Of a stretch of 41,311 nucleotides of DNA, positions 1 to 10,281 are shown piece after piece. A model generated the notes under the pieces. The model was not told where the DNA came from. It made no database searches and was given only the letters and a program-made list of their open reading frames with translations. Source of the stretch: a bacterium (GTDB taxonomy: Bacteria; Bacillota; Clostridia; Oscillospirales; Acutalibacteraceae); contig JAHLBL010000001.1 of NCBI GenBank assembly GCA_020625635.1, positions 1-41,311 of the forward strand, given 5' to 3'. Every line of letters begins with the position of its first letter. The first letter of the stretch is position 1. The position numbers were made by a program, and so were the translations under genes.

Positions 1-182
1 ACACCTGTGCGAGCGTTTCTCTGACGCTGCTCAAATGTACCGAAGCCTACGATCTGAACCTTATCGCCGTTGGCAATAGCCTCAACGATTGTATCAACTG
101 TAGCGGAAACTGCCTTCTCGGCATCCTTCTTTGAAATACCTGCTGCCTCTGCAACAGCAACGATTAACTCTGTCTTGTTCAT
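1..182 (-). CDS. hup: DNA-binding protein HU (5' part; runs off window start)
   Basis: Not in ORF track. Manual translation from ATG at 182: MNKTELIVAVAEAAGISKKDAEKAVSATVDTIVEAIANGDKVQIVGFGTFEQRQRNARTG, with HU signature GFGTF..R.ARTG; GGAGG RBS upstream. Confidence 0.95.
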   Translation of the reverse strand, partial: MNKTELIVAVAEAAGISKKDAEKAVSATVDTIVEAIANGDKVQIVGFGTFEQRQRNARTG

Positions 183-200
183 AGTTTTCCTCCAATAAAA

Positions 201-989
201 TTATTTTTTTACTTCTTCCCATAAGGAATCAAGTTGTTCAAGCGTGGCCGTTCTGATGTCGATGTTCCTCGACTCTGCTAAGTTTTCAAGTTGAGTAAAA
301 CGACCTGTAAACTTGTCACACGCATCATAAAGAGCCTTCTCGGAATCCAGCTTTAAAAACCTCGAGACATTCACAACCGAGAAAAGCAGGTCGCCCAGCT
401 CCTCGCATTGTTCAGCCTGATCACCGCCGATGACAGCTGCTCTGAGCTCACCGAGCTCCTCCTCCGTCTTATCAAGAGCTCCGCTGACATCGTCCCAGTC
501 GAAGCCGACCTTGGCTGCCTTCTGCTGGATCTTTGCGGCTCGCATAAGCGACGGAAGGGCTCTTGAGACACTGAGCATAGCCTCGGACTGTTTTTTCTGG
601 CTTTTGGTCGCCATCTTTACGTTGTCCCAGCTTTTAAGCGCTTCATCACTGTTGTCGGCTTTAACATCGCCGAAAACGTGAGGGTGTCTCACGACAAGCT
701 TTTTGCAGATATCGTTCACGACATCGTTGATATCAAAGGCTCCGTCCTCCTCAGCCATTTCGCTGTGGAAAACGACCTGCAACAGAACGTCGCCGAGTTC
801 CTCCTTGAGGAGTTCGTTGTCCTTGTTGTCGATAGCCTCAATAACCTCGTAGGTTTCTTCAATGAAATTCGAACGGATCGACTCGTGAGTCTGAACACGA
901 TCCCACGGACATCCGTCAGGTGCGCGTAAAAATTTCATAATTTTAACAAGGTCGTCAAAATTGAAATTTTCTTTCTTTGAAAAGTCCAA
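201..989 (-). CDS. mazG: Nucleoside triphosphate pyrophosphohydrolase MazG (tandem MazG domains)
   Basis: GCPWDRVQTH, EELGDVLLQVVFH, KVGFDW and second EELGDLLF motifs; likely TTG start at 989 after GGAGG (ORF track extends to 1028). Confidence 0.93.
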   Translation of the reverse strand: MDFSKKENFNFDDLVKIMKFLRAPDGCPWDRVQTHESIRSNFIEETYEVIEAIDNKDNELLKEELGDVLLQVVFHSEMAEEDGAFDINDVVNDICKKLVVRHPHVFGDVKADNSDEALKSWDNVKMATKSQKKQSEAMLSVSRALPSLMRAAKIQQKAAKVGFDWDDVSGALDKTEEELGELRAAVIGGDQAEQCEELGDLLFSVVNVSRFLKLDSEKALYDACDKFTGRFTQLENLAESRNIDIRTATLEQLDSLWEEVKK

Positions 990-1035
990 AGAAGCACCTC
1001 CGAAAAACCCGATTTTCTGCATCAACATTGATATT

Positions 1036-2853
1036 TTACCCTATAAGGTGAAATTTTTCAAGTAGTATTACAATTTTTTCACCTTTTGGTATGAATTTAA
1101 GCTCATTTCGGGTAAAACTCTTCAATAATAACAAAAATGTAATATAAACCAACACAGCAGCGACCACCGCAAGCAGAGTTGACACGATCAAACTGAACTT
1201 AATGAGCGCGAAGCTGAAGCAGAAATACGCCGCCGCAGCCGAGAAAATCGCGGAAACAAGCGGTTTCACGACGATGTTCAGAAAGTCGGGACGAACCCCC
1301 GAATACTTCACGAGCAGGTAAACCGCCGCCAAAAGCATACAGCAGTAGGATACGAGAGTTCCTACGGAACCGCCCTGGATATTGATTGAAACGACACTTA
1401 CAAAAAGGTAAGTAACGGGGATCTTTATAATAAGTCCCGCGACATAAAGGATGAGCGGGATATGGACCTTGCCAATTCCCTGGAGCATACTGCACACGGG
1501 AACGGTGCAGGCGATAACTATAGCCGCGAAGCCCATAACCTTGAGCACCTCGGCGCCGACGATAGAGGTCGTCTCGCTCGCCGAGTATACGATACCCATT
1601 ATCGGTCCCGCAAGCGCCACAAGTCCCAGACCGAGCGGGAACGTGAACAGCGTAGTCAGCTTGAGCACGGTATCCATCGAGCTTTTCAGCTCCGCCTTGT
1701 CGCCCTTAGTCCACGCGCTCGTCACGTTAGGCATAGCGGTCGTACCGAACGCCTGAGTGATAGCCGTAACCATCTGCATAAGCGGAACAGCGGCGGCGTA
1801 ACAGCCCCACATCGTGGTGTGGAAGGTCTGGTCGCTGAGCTCCTTAGTCAGGTCAACGCCCATTCCGCCGTACTGTGCCGCAAGCTCAGGTCTGTTGGAA
1901 AACGAGAGCTGATAAAGCACGTTCTGGATAACCGCCGCGTCTATCGTGGTACCGATATTCATTACAAGCGCGGTCAGACCGATCGGAAGAGCGGTCTTGA
2001 ACATACGCATAAAGGTTTCCTTCTTGGTGCGCGCTTCGACGGATCTCTCGTAGTATTCCTCGGGAATACCGTCTCCGCCGATTTTATAGCGCAGGAAAAG
2101 GAACAGGAAGCACGCGGCGCTTCCGATAACGATTCCCGAGATAGCGCCTGCTACCGAGAATGACATAAGGGTGTTTGTGGCTTCGAGCTCGGCGTCCTTG
2201 CCTTCAAAATGAAGTCCGAACAGCCAGCACTCGTTACCCTTGACAACAAAATTGGCGAGACCGATCTTAATGATCACGAACGCGATAACAAGACCGAAAA
2301 CAAGCTTCGAAAGCGCTTCGATCACCTCGGAGATAGCCGTAGGCATCATATTGCGCTGTCCCTCAAAGTAGCCGCGGTAAATCGACGTAAGACAGCCGAA
2401 AAGTATCGCGGGAGAGAGCATAAGCATCGAGTAAAGCGCGTAAGGCGACTTTATCAGGTCGATGTACCAGAAGCTCAGTCCGAACATTATAAAGAAGCAC
2501 GCCGCGCCCATTATAGTGAAGAACGGCACGGACACCCTATGTATCTGTCTGACGTCGTTGTATCGCTTTTCTGCCATACTCTCGGAGATAAGCCTCGAGA
2601 TGGCAATAGGAAAGCCCGCGGTGGCAATAGTGAAAATCGGCACGTAGATCTCGTACGCGTTGCTGTACAGTCCCGTACCTGTAGCCGCCGCAGAATCGCC
2701 GAGCATGGCGTAAAGATGGTTGATCAGTATCTTGTCGAGAAACCCTACGATTTTTACGGCAATCATACTGAACGTCATTATAGCCGCGCCCTTGAGGAAA
2801 GTGGACGAGGCGCTCTGCTCGGCGTTTTTTATTGCGTTATATTTTTTTGACAC
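1036..2853 (-). CDS. MOP/MurJ-superfamily polysaccharide biosynthesis protein (SpoVB/YabM-like flippase)
   Basis: Many TM segments; FLKGAAI, TAGFPIAISRLISE, YRGYFEGQRNMMPTAISEVIE motifs; position upstream of mazG-hup matches the yabM-yabN-hup order. Confidence 0.85.
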   Translation of the reverse strand: MSKKYNAIKNAEQSASSTFLKGAAIMTFSMIAVKIVGFLDKILINHLYAMLGDSAAATGTGLYSNAYEIYVPIFTIATAGFPIAISRLISESMAEKRYNDVRQIHRVSVPFFTIMGAACFFIMFGLSFWYIDLIKSPYALYSMLMLSPAILFGCLTSIYRGYFEGQRNMMPTAISEVIEALSKLVFGLVIAFVIIKIGLANFVVKGNECWLFGLHFEGKDAELEATNTLMSFSVAGAISGIVIGSAACFLFLFLRYKIGGDGIPEEYYERSVEARTKKETFMRMFKTALPIGLTALVMNIGTTIDAAVIQNVLYQLSFSNRPELAAQYGGMGVDLTKELSDQTFHTTMWGCYAAAVPLMQMVTAITQAFGTTAMPNVTSAWTKGDKAELKSSMDTVLKLTTLFTFPLGLGLVALAGPIMGIVYSASETTSIVGAEVLKVMGFAAIVIACTVPVCSMLQGIGKVHIPLILYVAGLIIKIPVTYLFVSVVSINIQGGSVGTLVSYCCMLLAAVYLLVKYSGVRPDFLNIVVKPLVSAIFSAAAAYFCFSFALIKFSLIVSTLLAVVAAVLVYITFLLLLKSFTRNELKFIPKGEKIVILLEKFHLIG

Positions 2854-2870
2854 GAAAAATCACCCGTAAA

Positions 2871-3317
2871 TCAGTCGTCTGTTTTTTCGTCGGCAACAGC
2901 CTTGCCGCAGTTCGAGCAGAACTTTCCGCTGCCTGTGATCTCCTCGCCGCAGTCGGGGCAAACGACCTTCTTATCGGGAATCGGAGTGCCGCACATAAAG
3001 CAGTACTGAGCGTTCTTCTGGAGCTTTTCGCCGCACTTGGGGCAAACAACCGTATTGCGTACGGAAGCGAGGATCTTCTCAACCTCGTCGATGCTCGCCT
3101 TTGTCTCATCTATAGAGGCGCGGAGCTCTGCTACTTCCTCCTCGGGCTCGTTGTTATATACAGCCTCGCCGAGAGCAAGAAGCTGCTTGTTCATATCAGA
3201 ACGCAGACCTGAGAGAGTAATGCGGAGCTTGGAAAGGTCATAGAGCTCACCAGCTTTTTTTGTAACCGCCTGAGCGGCTGATTTTGCGTTTACTACTACA
3301 TCGTCAAAAATTGCCAT
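2871..3317 (-). CDS. Double zinc-ribbon protein with N-terminal coiled coil
   Basis: Four CxxCG knuckles (CPKCG, CFMCG, CPDCG, CSNCG); GAAAGGA RBS. Confidence 0.8.
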   Translation of the reverse strand: MAIFDDVVVNAKSAAQAVTKKAGELYDLSKLRITLSGLRSDMNKQLLALGEAVYNNEPEEEVAELRASIDETKASIDEVEKILASVRNTVVCPKCGEKLQKNAQYCFMCGTPIPDKKVVCPDCGEEITGSGKFCSNCGKAVADEKTDD

Positions 3318-3352
3318 AGTATAAAACTTCCTTTCAATTTATTGATAAATTT

Positions 3353-3381
3353 ATTATATCACCGATAGGGTGAAATATCAA
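3353..3381 (-). promoter_or_regulatory. Sigma-A-type promoter for zinc-ribbon/yabM/mazG/hup
   Basis: Minus strand TTGATA-17 nt-TATAAT with extended -10 TG; spacer contains TCACC-N5-GGTGA palindrome. Confidence 0.7.
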
Positions 3382-3393
3382 GCAAGCACCGAA

Positions 3394-4857
3394 TCAGTGC
3401 TTACCTGTATTTTTCGAAAAATACTCTTTGTAGAATTCGTATATCCTGCGCTTTCTCTCCGATTGCTCGGCGTAGCGGTCTATATATTCATATGGATATT
3501 TAAAATTAAATATACGCTCGAGTATCGTGGAATTATACGCCTTCAGCTTTGTAACGGCTCCCGCGCCGCAGCCGAGGATGGTGTGAGTTTCGTCCATAAC
3601 ATAGATGTTATACAGGCTTTCAAAGCCGCGCTTCGACCAGCCCGTGTTCTCGAGATTGCCGACCATACGGCTCTGGCGATAAAGATAATATGGTATGTAA
3701 TCGTCGTGCGGAAGCGTCTGTGAGACATAGTCGAGCATACGCGCCGTCTCGAGCGCGTCCTTTCTGTCTATCGAGGAGCCGTCCTGCGTCAGCGCTGCGC
3801 TGCGCTTCAGCGAGAGCGTATGTACCGTAATGCACTCGGGAGCAAGCGCGCGGATCTTGTCAAGACTGAGGCGGAAGCTGTCGAAGGTGTCGGTAAACAG
3901 CCCCGCGATCAGATCGGTGTTGATGCTGTCGAAGCCGACCTCACGAGCGAGCGCGAACGCCTCAAAAAACTCGTCGGCGCTGTGTCGGCGTCCGATCTCC
4001 CTGAGCACATCGTCGTTGAGCGTCTGCGGATTAATTGATATTCTGCCTACGTTGTTTTCTTTTATGGAAATAAGCTTTTCTTTCGTGACCGTATCGGGTC
4101 TGCCCGCCTCAACGGTAAACTCTCTGAGCGAGGACGTGTCGAACGCTGAGTTGACCGTCCCGAGAACCCTGTTCATCTGCTCGGCGGAGAGCGTAGTCGG
4201 AGTTCCGCCGCCCATATAAATCGTCTCGAGCCTCAGCCCGAGGTCAGCGGCGATCTCAGCCGTCTGCTCGATCTCCGCGCACAGCAAATCGACATAAGGC
4301 GCGATGAGGTGCTTAGAGCGCTCGGTAGAGGACTGCACGAACGAGCAGTATCGGCAGCGCGACGGACAGAACGGTACAGCTATATAGAGGCTGAACGAAT
4401 CGGGCGTTGACAAATCGATTATACGCTTTTCGTTGACCTCGGTAGCCTTCGCGAGCGCGAGCTTGCCGTCGCTGACAAAAAGCTTGTCCGTGAAATACCT
4501 GTCGGCATTCTCCGTGCCCTCGGTCTCTCTGAGCCTTCTGTAGAGCTTTACAGGACGGACGCCCGTAATCATACCCCACGGCGGAGTAACGCCCGTCAGG
4601 TCGCAGAGGATCTTGTACAGCAGCTCACACAGCATACGCTCGTTCTCGGTATCGTCGCTGAGAGCGGCGCAGGAACTGCAGTTGTACTCCCCCACCTCAA
4701 CGCTCACTCGGAGCATATCGTCGACGGACGTGGAAATATACGGTTTTTCAAGCTCCGCGCCGTCCTTTATGACATTGATTTTCTCGTTCGGATAGAACAG
4801 GCGCGTGAGGTTTTCCAGCTCATAATGGAAGCTGTGGTTGATAATATAAAGATTCAT
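3394..4857 (-). CDS. hemZ: Radical SAM protein, HemZ family (coproporphyrinogen dehydrogenase-like)
   Basis: PWGMITGVRP, CPSRCRYC (CxxxCxxC), GGGTPT, EAGRPD, PYYLYRQ; ATG at 4857. Confidence 0.9.
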   Translation of the reverse strand: MNLYIINHSFHYELENLTRLFYPNEKINVIKDGAELEKPYISTSVDDMLRVSVEVGEYNCSSCAALSDDTENERMLCELLYKILCDLTGVTPPWGMITGVRPVKLYRRLRETEGTENADRYFTDKLFVSDGKLALAKATEVNEKRIIDLSTPDSFSLYIAVPFCPSRCRYCSFVQSSTERSKHLIAPYVDLLCAEIEQTAEIAADLGLRLETIYMGGGTPTTLSAEQMNRVLGTVNSAFDTSSLREFTVEAGRPDTVTKEKLISIKENNVGRISINPQTLNDDVLREIGRRHSADEFFEAFALAREVGFDSINTDLIAGLFTDTFDSFRLSLDKIRALAPECITVHTLSLKRSAALTQDGSSIDRKDALETARMLDYVSQTLPHDDYIPYYLYRQSRMVGNLENTGWSKRGFESLYNIYVMDETHTILGCGAGAVTKLKAYNSTILERIFNFKYPYEYIDRYAEQSERKRRIYEFYKEYFSKNTGKH

Positions 4858-4930
4858 AGTAATAGTCAAAAGCAGGAATTACGGAGTTGAAAGCGCCGAA
4901 AAACACGCGCTTCATTCAATTCCGATCAGA

Positions 4931-5560
4931 TCATACTCTGCTCATTAGAGGGTTATATTTGCGCTCGTGGCTGAGCGTTGTCATCATTCCGTGTCCGGGC
5001 AGGAGATTATACTCGCCGCTGAGCTTCGCGAGCTTCTTCATCGACTGGACAATATCCTGAAAGCTGCCTGTCGGCAGATCTGTTCTGCCGTAGGTCTCAC
5101 AGAACACGGTATCGCCCGTGAGGATAATGTCGTCAAAAATGTAGCAGCCCGAATCCGAGGTGTGCCCGGGGGTGGAAATATAGGTAAACTCGGTGTTGCC
5201 GAGGCTGAATTTGTCGCCGTCATCGAGCAGGATATCGGCGCTGAACGGCTCAAAATTGAACTCCTCATGAAAAGCGGAGTGGTTGAGCATATTATCGCCG
5301 AGGAATTTATCGGTGAGTTTACCGCACACGATTTTTGCGCCGTAAAGGTCGGCGAGAGGCTTTGCGTAGCCTATATGGTCGTAGTGACCGTGAGTGAGGA
5401 TAACGTACTTCAGCTCGCCGTCTGCGCTGTTTATCTCGTCAATAAGAGCGTCGCTGCGCTCTCCCGGGTCGACAACCGCCATATCACCCGTGTCCTTGTC
5501 GGTGATAAGGTAGCAGTTTGTCATAATCATTGTTACGCTGAAAAGCTTAATGTCTGTCAT
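4931..5560 (-). CDS. MBL-fold metallo-hydrolase (glyoxalase II-like)
   Basis: THGHYDH, TPGHT, GDTVF, GRTDLP, PGHG motifs; usual position between dtd and hemZ. Confidence 0.9.
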   Translation of the reverse strand: MTDIKLFSVTMIMTNCYLITDKDTGDMAVVDPGERSDALIDEINSADGELKYVILTHGHYDHIGYAKPLADLYGAKIVCGKLTDKFLGDNMLNHSAFHEEFNFEPFSADILLDDGDKFSLGNTEFTYISTPGHTSDSGCYIFDDIILTGDTVFCETYGRTDLPTGSFQDIVQSMKKLAKLSGEYNLLPGHGMMTTLSHERKYNPLMSRV

Positions 5561-6009
5561 TTCAAATCCTCCGAATTGACAACGAGGGTGACAGGGCCGT
5601 CGTTCGTGAGACCGACCTTCATATCGGCTCCGAACTCACCTGTCTGAACATCCTCTACTCCGTTTTTCCTTAGCTCTTCACAGAAAAAGCGGTAAAGCGG
5701 CTCGGAGATTTCCGGGCGTGCCGCGCCTATAAAACTCGGACGGCGGCCGTGTGAGCAATCGGCATAGAGAGTGAAGTTCGAGACTACTATCACCGACCCG
5801 CCGACGTCAGCCAGCGAGAGATTCATACGGTCGTTTTCATCCGTAAACACACGCAGTCCCGACAGCTTTTTAGCGAGCTTCGAGGCGTCGTGCTCTGTGT
5901 CGCCGTCCCTGACGCCAAGCAATATCAGAAAGCCCGCGCCGATTTCGGCAACCGTTTTGTTTTCAATAACAACACTGCAGGAGGAAACCCTCTGTAGCAC
6001 TGCTCTCAT
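5557..6009 (-). CDS. dtd: D-aminoacyl-tRNA deacylase
   Basis: MRAVLQRV, SNFTL, GRRPSF, FGADMKV, NDGPVT motifs. Confidence 0.95.
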   Translation of the reverse strand: MRAVLQRVSSCSVVIENKTVAEIGAGFLILLGVRDGDTEHDASKLAKKLSGLRVFTDENDRMNLSLADVGGSVIVVSNFTLYADCSHGRRPSFIGAARPEISEPLYRFFCEELRKNGVEDVQTGEFGADMKVGLTNDGPVTLVVNSEDLK

Positions 6010-6027
6010 ATAAATCACTTCTTATTC

Positions 6028-8232
6028 TTAAAATCTTTTTACTTCAATTACGTCTTTTATGCTCGTGAGCCTGTTGACGACGAGGTCAAGGTGCTCACGG
6101 TCGGAAATATCAATAGTCGCGGTGATTATCGCCTTCCCGTCGGAAAGCTGGCGCGAGTTGAGCGAGTGGATAAAAATTCTCATAGCCGAGAGCGCGACTG
6201 TCACGTCGGCGAGAAGTCCCGTTCTGTCGGAGCAGATAACCTCCAGCGTAGAGCGGAAGTTGTCCTTAACGCCCTTTTCCCAGCGCACCTTTACATAGCG
6301 CTCGGGTTCCTCGGCGTCCTTGAGATTCTTCGGCACGTTGGGACAATTGCGCTTGTGGATCGACACGCCGAAGCCGCGGGTTATATAGCCGATGATCGGA
6401 TCGCCCGGCAGAGGATTACAGCACTTGGAGAACTTTATCATACAGTCGTCCATACCGTCCACTATAACGCCCGTGGTCGCACGTTTCCTGCGCGCGGGAG
6501 CCGTCTGGATAACGGTAGTTTCCTCCTCGTTCTCCTTGAACTTGGTGTTGTACTCCTCGCGGATTCTGGGCATGATCTTCCACAGCTGAATACCGCCGTA
6601 GCCGATCGAAGCGTAAAGATCCTCGACCGTATTGAACTTATTCTTCTTGAGCATGAAATGAAGCAGCTGTTCGAGTTCCTCGTCGTTGAGTGAGATGTTG
6701 CTTCGCTTGAGCTCGCGCTCGAGCATAGTCTTGCCCTCGATGATATTATCGTCGCGTTTTTCGCGCTTAAACCACTGGCGGATTTTTGAGCGCGCCGAGG
6801 ACGTTTTACAGATGTCGAGCCAGTCACGGCGCGGCTGGCTGTCCTTCTTAGTGAGGATCTCACAGATCTCGCCCGTTTTCAGTTTATAGTCGATCGGGAC
6901 GATCCTGTGGTCGACCTTCGCGCCAACCATATGATTGCCGACCTCAGTGTGGATAAGATAAGCGAGGTCGATTACAGTGGAGCCGTTGGGAAGGTTAAAG
7001 ACGTCGCCCTTTGGCGAGAAAACGTAAACCTCGTTCTGGTCGAAGTCGTTGCGGATATTGCGGATAATATCGGTTGAATCGTCGGTGTCGATCTGCGCGC
7101 GCAGGGTGTCCTTGATTCGGTTGATGTTTTCGTCGAGCTCACGCGCCTTCTTATTGTTAACGATCCTTGTAAAGCCGAGCTTATAGCGCCAGTGCGCCGC
7201 GATACCGTTTTCAGCCGTCTGGTGCATTTCCCATGTGCGTATCTGCACCTCAAAGGGAATTCCGTCGCTGTCGATAACCGTTGTGTGGAGCGACTGGTAC
7301 ATATTCGGCTTAGGGGTTGAGATATAGTCCTTGAAGCGGTTCGGTATCGGCGTATAGAGGTCGTGGATAACGCCGAGCATATTGTAGCATTCCTTTATGT
7401 CGTCGACGAGGATCCTCAGCGCGAAAACGTCGTAAATCTCGTCAATAGTCTTGCCGCGCAGGAAGGTCTTGCGGTAAATACTGTTTATGCTCTTTACTCG
7501 TCCGTAAACGGTGATCTTTCCAGATGGGAGCTTAGAGGCTTTGAGTATCTCCTTCTTCTTGCGTTCGATGAATCTGTCGCGCTCGTTCTCCTGAAGCACA
7601 AGGGTGTCCTCGATCTCGGCGTAGCCGATCGGATCGAGATACTTCAGCGACAAATCCTCCAGCTCGTCCTTGACGGCTTTCATACCGAGTCGGTGAGCTA
7701 TCGGAGCGAAAACCTCCATATTCTCGCGCGATTTATCCCTGCGCTTCTGCTCGGGCATACACTCGATCGTGCGCATATTGTGAAGTCTGTCGGCGAGCTT
7801 TACGATGATAACGCGGATATCGTTAGACATCGCGATAAGCATTTTCCTTATGTTCTCAGCCTGCTGCTCCTCGCGGGAGTAGAGCTTGATTTTTGAAATT
7901 TTAGTAACGCCGTCGACGATGTTCGCGACGTCCTTGCCGAACTCCTTGCGGATAAATTCGAGCGAGTACGCGGTGTCCTCGACAACATCGTGAAGCAGTG
8001 ATGAAATAATACTGTCGGAATCCATTCCGAAGCCCGCCACGATACAGGCGACGGAGGTGGGATGGAGAATATAAGGTATACCCGAAACGCGCTTCTGGTC
8101 CCCGTGAGCTTCCACTGCAAGCGAGTAAGCCTTCTGGATTTTCTTAACGTCGTAGTTGTTGCTGCTGTTTCTCATTATTTCGAGCAAGTCGTCGAAAGTC
8201 TGGTACTGAACAGTATTGTTATATTTGCCCAT
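6028..8232 (-). CDS. relA: Bifunctional (p)ppGpp synthetase/hydrolase Rel
   Basis: HD motif LLHDVVED, KLADRLHNMRT, RFKDY, YQSLHT, EVQIRT, TGS and ACT regions. Confidence 0.96.
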   Translation of the reverse strand: MGKYNNTVQYQTFDDLLEIMRNSSNNYDVKKIQKAYSLAVEAHGDQKRVSGIPYILHPTSVACIVAGFGMDSDSIISSLLHDVVEDTAYSLEFIRKEFGKDVANIVDGVTKISKIKLYSREEQQAENIRKMLIAMSNDIRVIIVKLADRLHNMRTIECMPEQKRRDKSRENMEVFAPIAHRLGMKAVKDELEDLSLKYLDPIGYAEIEDTLVLQENERDRFIERKKKEILKASKLPSGKITVYGRVKSINSIYRKTFLRGKTIDEIYDVFALRILVDDIKECYNMLGVIHDLYTPIPNRFKDYISTPKPNMYQSLHTTVIDSDGIPFEVQIRTWEMHQTAENGIAAHWRYKLGFTRIVNNKKARELDENINRIKDTLRAQIDTDDSTDIIRNIRNDFDQNEVYVFSPKGDVFNLPNGSTVIDLAYLIHTEVGNHMVGAKVDHRIVPIDYKLKTGEICEILTKKDSQPRRDWLDICKTSSARSKIRQWFKREKRDDNIIEGKTMLERELKRSNISLNDEELEQLLHFMLKKNKFNTVEDLYASIGYGGIQLWKIMPRIREEYNTKFKENEEETTVIQTAPARRKRATTGVIVDGMDDCMIKFSKCCNPLPGDPIIGYITRGFGVSIHKRNCPNVPKNLKDAEEPERYVKVRWEKGVKDNFRSTLEVICSDRTGLLADVTVALSAMRIFIHSLNSRQLSDGKAIITATIDISDREHLDLVVNRLTSIKDVIEVKRF

Positions 8233-10276
8233 TCCGATACACCTCCTTCAGTTTTTTTACGATAACGGAGTCCTCGAGATTGACCTTGCCCGAAACCTCG
8301 GGAAGCTTGATCTCTGTTTTATACATATCCTCATATATCGCAATTATACCCAGCTCGTTCATAGCCTCGAGGATCACCTTGAGCTTACCGTAGGATACAG
8401 AGCCTCCGAGACGGTACGCGATAACGTCGAGCGAAAGCGTGCCGTTATTCCCGCGCGAACGCAAAAAGCGGTACACGGCGGCAAAATCGTTTCTGTCGGG
8501 TATGAGCGAGAGAGCCTCCTCTCCCGTGAGAGCTTCGCCGCGGCAAAACTGCTCAAAGAGTCTGAGACTGCGGATATAGTCGGTGTTTTCCACATCGGAA
8601 AACTTGATGTCTTTTATAATCACGGACAGCGAACGGTTGTCCCTGAACTCGTTGACCTCGAGGTTGACGGCGATATCTACCATATCGCCTACCCTGTACA
8701 CAAAGTCAGCCGAAGAAGAGAAGAACTTCATCGCCGTGATACTCGTGTTGCCGAAGCCGAAGGTGAGTCTGAGGTGCTTATCTCCCGAAAGCGGAGTGAT
8801 TCCGTTCAGGCGCAGCCGTCTCAGCTCAAACACGGGCGTAGGATTTCCCGAGCCAAACGGGCTCAGGTAATTGAGCTGCTCGGCAAGCTCAACGCCTAAA
8901 GCGGCGGGATTGAGCCTGCAATCGATTTTCAGCTTGTCGTACGGCATTTCCTTTGCCGCCGCGAACGCGTTTATCCTGCGGCGGAACTCGTCTATTTTAT
9001 CGCTGTCAAGGCTCAGTCCGACAGCCATCGGGTGACCGCCGAAGTGTCCGAACATATCCTTGCAGGAGACGATTGCCTCCCACAGATCGAAGCCCTCGAC
9101 GCTTCTTCCCGAGCCGCGCGCCTTATCGCCGCTGCGCGAGAGAATGATGCACGGCTTTCCGTAAACGTCCTTGACGCGCGAGCAGACTATTCCTATAACG
9201 CCCTGATGCCAGCCTTCTCCGTCAATAATGAGCACACGGTCATAAACGAGAGAGGGATCGGCGGCAATTTTCCTGTTGATACTTTCGAGAATTTCCTTCT
9301 CGATCCTGCGGCGCTCGGTGTTGTCCTCGCCGAGACTGCGCGCGATCTCACGCGCCTTTTCGTAATCGTCGCTGAGCAGGAGCGAAACCGAGGTAGAGGA
9401 AAGTCCGAGCCTGCCTACGGCGTTGATTCTCGGGACAAGTCCGAAAGAGACGTTACCAGCGGTGATCTCCCTGTCCTTCAGTCCGCTCTCCTCCACGAGA
9501 GCGCGCACTCCCGCTCTGTCGCCGTTTTCGATAATTCGCAAACCGCGCTTTACGAACACGCGGTTTTCGTCGACGAGCGGCATTATATCGCCGATCGTGC
9601 CTATGCACAAAAGGTCGGAGTAGTTGTCGAGCAGCATATCGACGTCAGCGTACTCGCCCTCGATTGCAATGACGAGCTTAAACGCCGCTCCGACGCCAGA
9701 AATATTCTTGAAGCGGCTCGGGCAGTCCGCGCGGTGCATATCGACCACAGCGACAGCGTCGGGCAGGACAGCCCCGGGCATATGGTGATCGGTGACGACG
9801 GTGTCGATTCCGAGGGACTTCGCGTAGGCGATTTCCCCGACGGCGGAAATACCGTTGTCGACCGTAACGATCAAATCAATATTCTTTTCCTTCAGCTTAT
9901 CGACCGCGGACATATTCATACCGTAGCCCTCGGTCTCTCTGTCGGGAATGTAATAGATAACGTCCGCGCCGATAGTTTCGAGATAGGAGAAAAGAAGCGC
10001 GGTAGACGTAACGCCGTCGGCGTCGTAATCGCCGTAGACGCAGATTTTCTCGCCGTTATCCACGGCGTCTCTCACGCGCTGAGCAGCCTTGTCCATATCC
10101 TTCATTTCGAACGGGCTGTCAATACCGCCCTCGTCGTAAAGAAAGGCGCGGATATCCTCCTCGCTGACGATTCCGCGGATATCGAGCAGGGTGGCTATAA
10201 GCGGCGGCAAATCGTATTGCTCGGCAATTCTCTTTGCGTTATCCTTATTCAGTTTTGCAACTGACCATTGTTTCAT
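8219..10276 (-). CDS. recJ: ssDNA-specific exonuclease RecJ
   Basis: GDYDADG, TVDNG, TDHH, PRINAVGRL, GSGRS, FGGH motifs. Confidence 0.95.
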   Translation of the reverse strand: MKQWSVAKLNKDNAKRIAEQYDLPPLIATLLDIRGIVSEEDIRAFLYDEGGIDSPFEMKDMDKAAQRVRDAVDNGEKICVYGDYDADGVTSTALLFSYLETIGADVIYYIPDRETEGYGMNMSAVDKLKEKNIDLIVTVDNGISAVGEIAYAKSLGIDTVVTDHHMPGAVLPDAVAVVDMHRADCPSRFKNISGVGAAFKLVIAIEGEYADVDMLLDNYSDLLCIGTIGDIMPLVDENRVFVKRGLRIIENGDRAGVRALVEESGLKDREITAGNVSFGLVPRINAVGRLGLSSTSVSLLLSDDYEKAREIARSLGEDNTERRRIEKEILESINRKIAADPSLVYDRVLIIDGEGWHQGVIGIVCSRVKDVYGKPCIILSRSGDKARGSGRSVEGFDLWEAIVSCKDMFGHFGGHPMAVGLSLDSDKIDEFRRRINAFAAAKEMPYDKLKIDCRLNPAALGVELAEQLNYLSPFGSGNPTPVFELRRLRLNGITPLSGDKHLRLTFGFGNTSITAMKFFSSSADFVYRVGDMVDIAVNLEVNEFRDNRSLSVIIKDIKFSDVENTDYIRSLRLFEQFCRGEALTGEEALSLIPDRNDFAAVYRFLRSRGNNGTLSLDVIAYRLGGSVSYGKLKVILEAMNELGIIAIYEDMYKTEIKLPEVSGKVNLEDSVIVKKLKEVYRNGQI

Positions 10277-10281
10277 AAAAA

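Noticed and set aside
4882-4924. Imperfect hairpin between the MBL hydrolase and hemZ as a riboswitch
   Set aside because: Too short and no known aptamer motif; at most a processing or stability stem.
9032-10264. 410-aa plus-strand ORF antisense to recJ, and similar 200-270-aa shadow ORFs (1462, 2209, 4967, 13484, 18012, 18991, 36961)
   Set aside because: They mirror the codon frame of well-supported minus-strand genes whose codon bias avoids TTA/CTA/TCA; no recognisable motifs.
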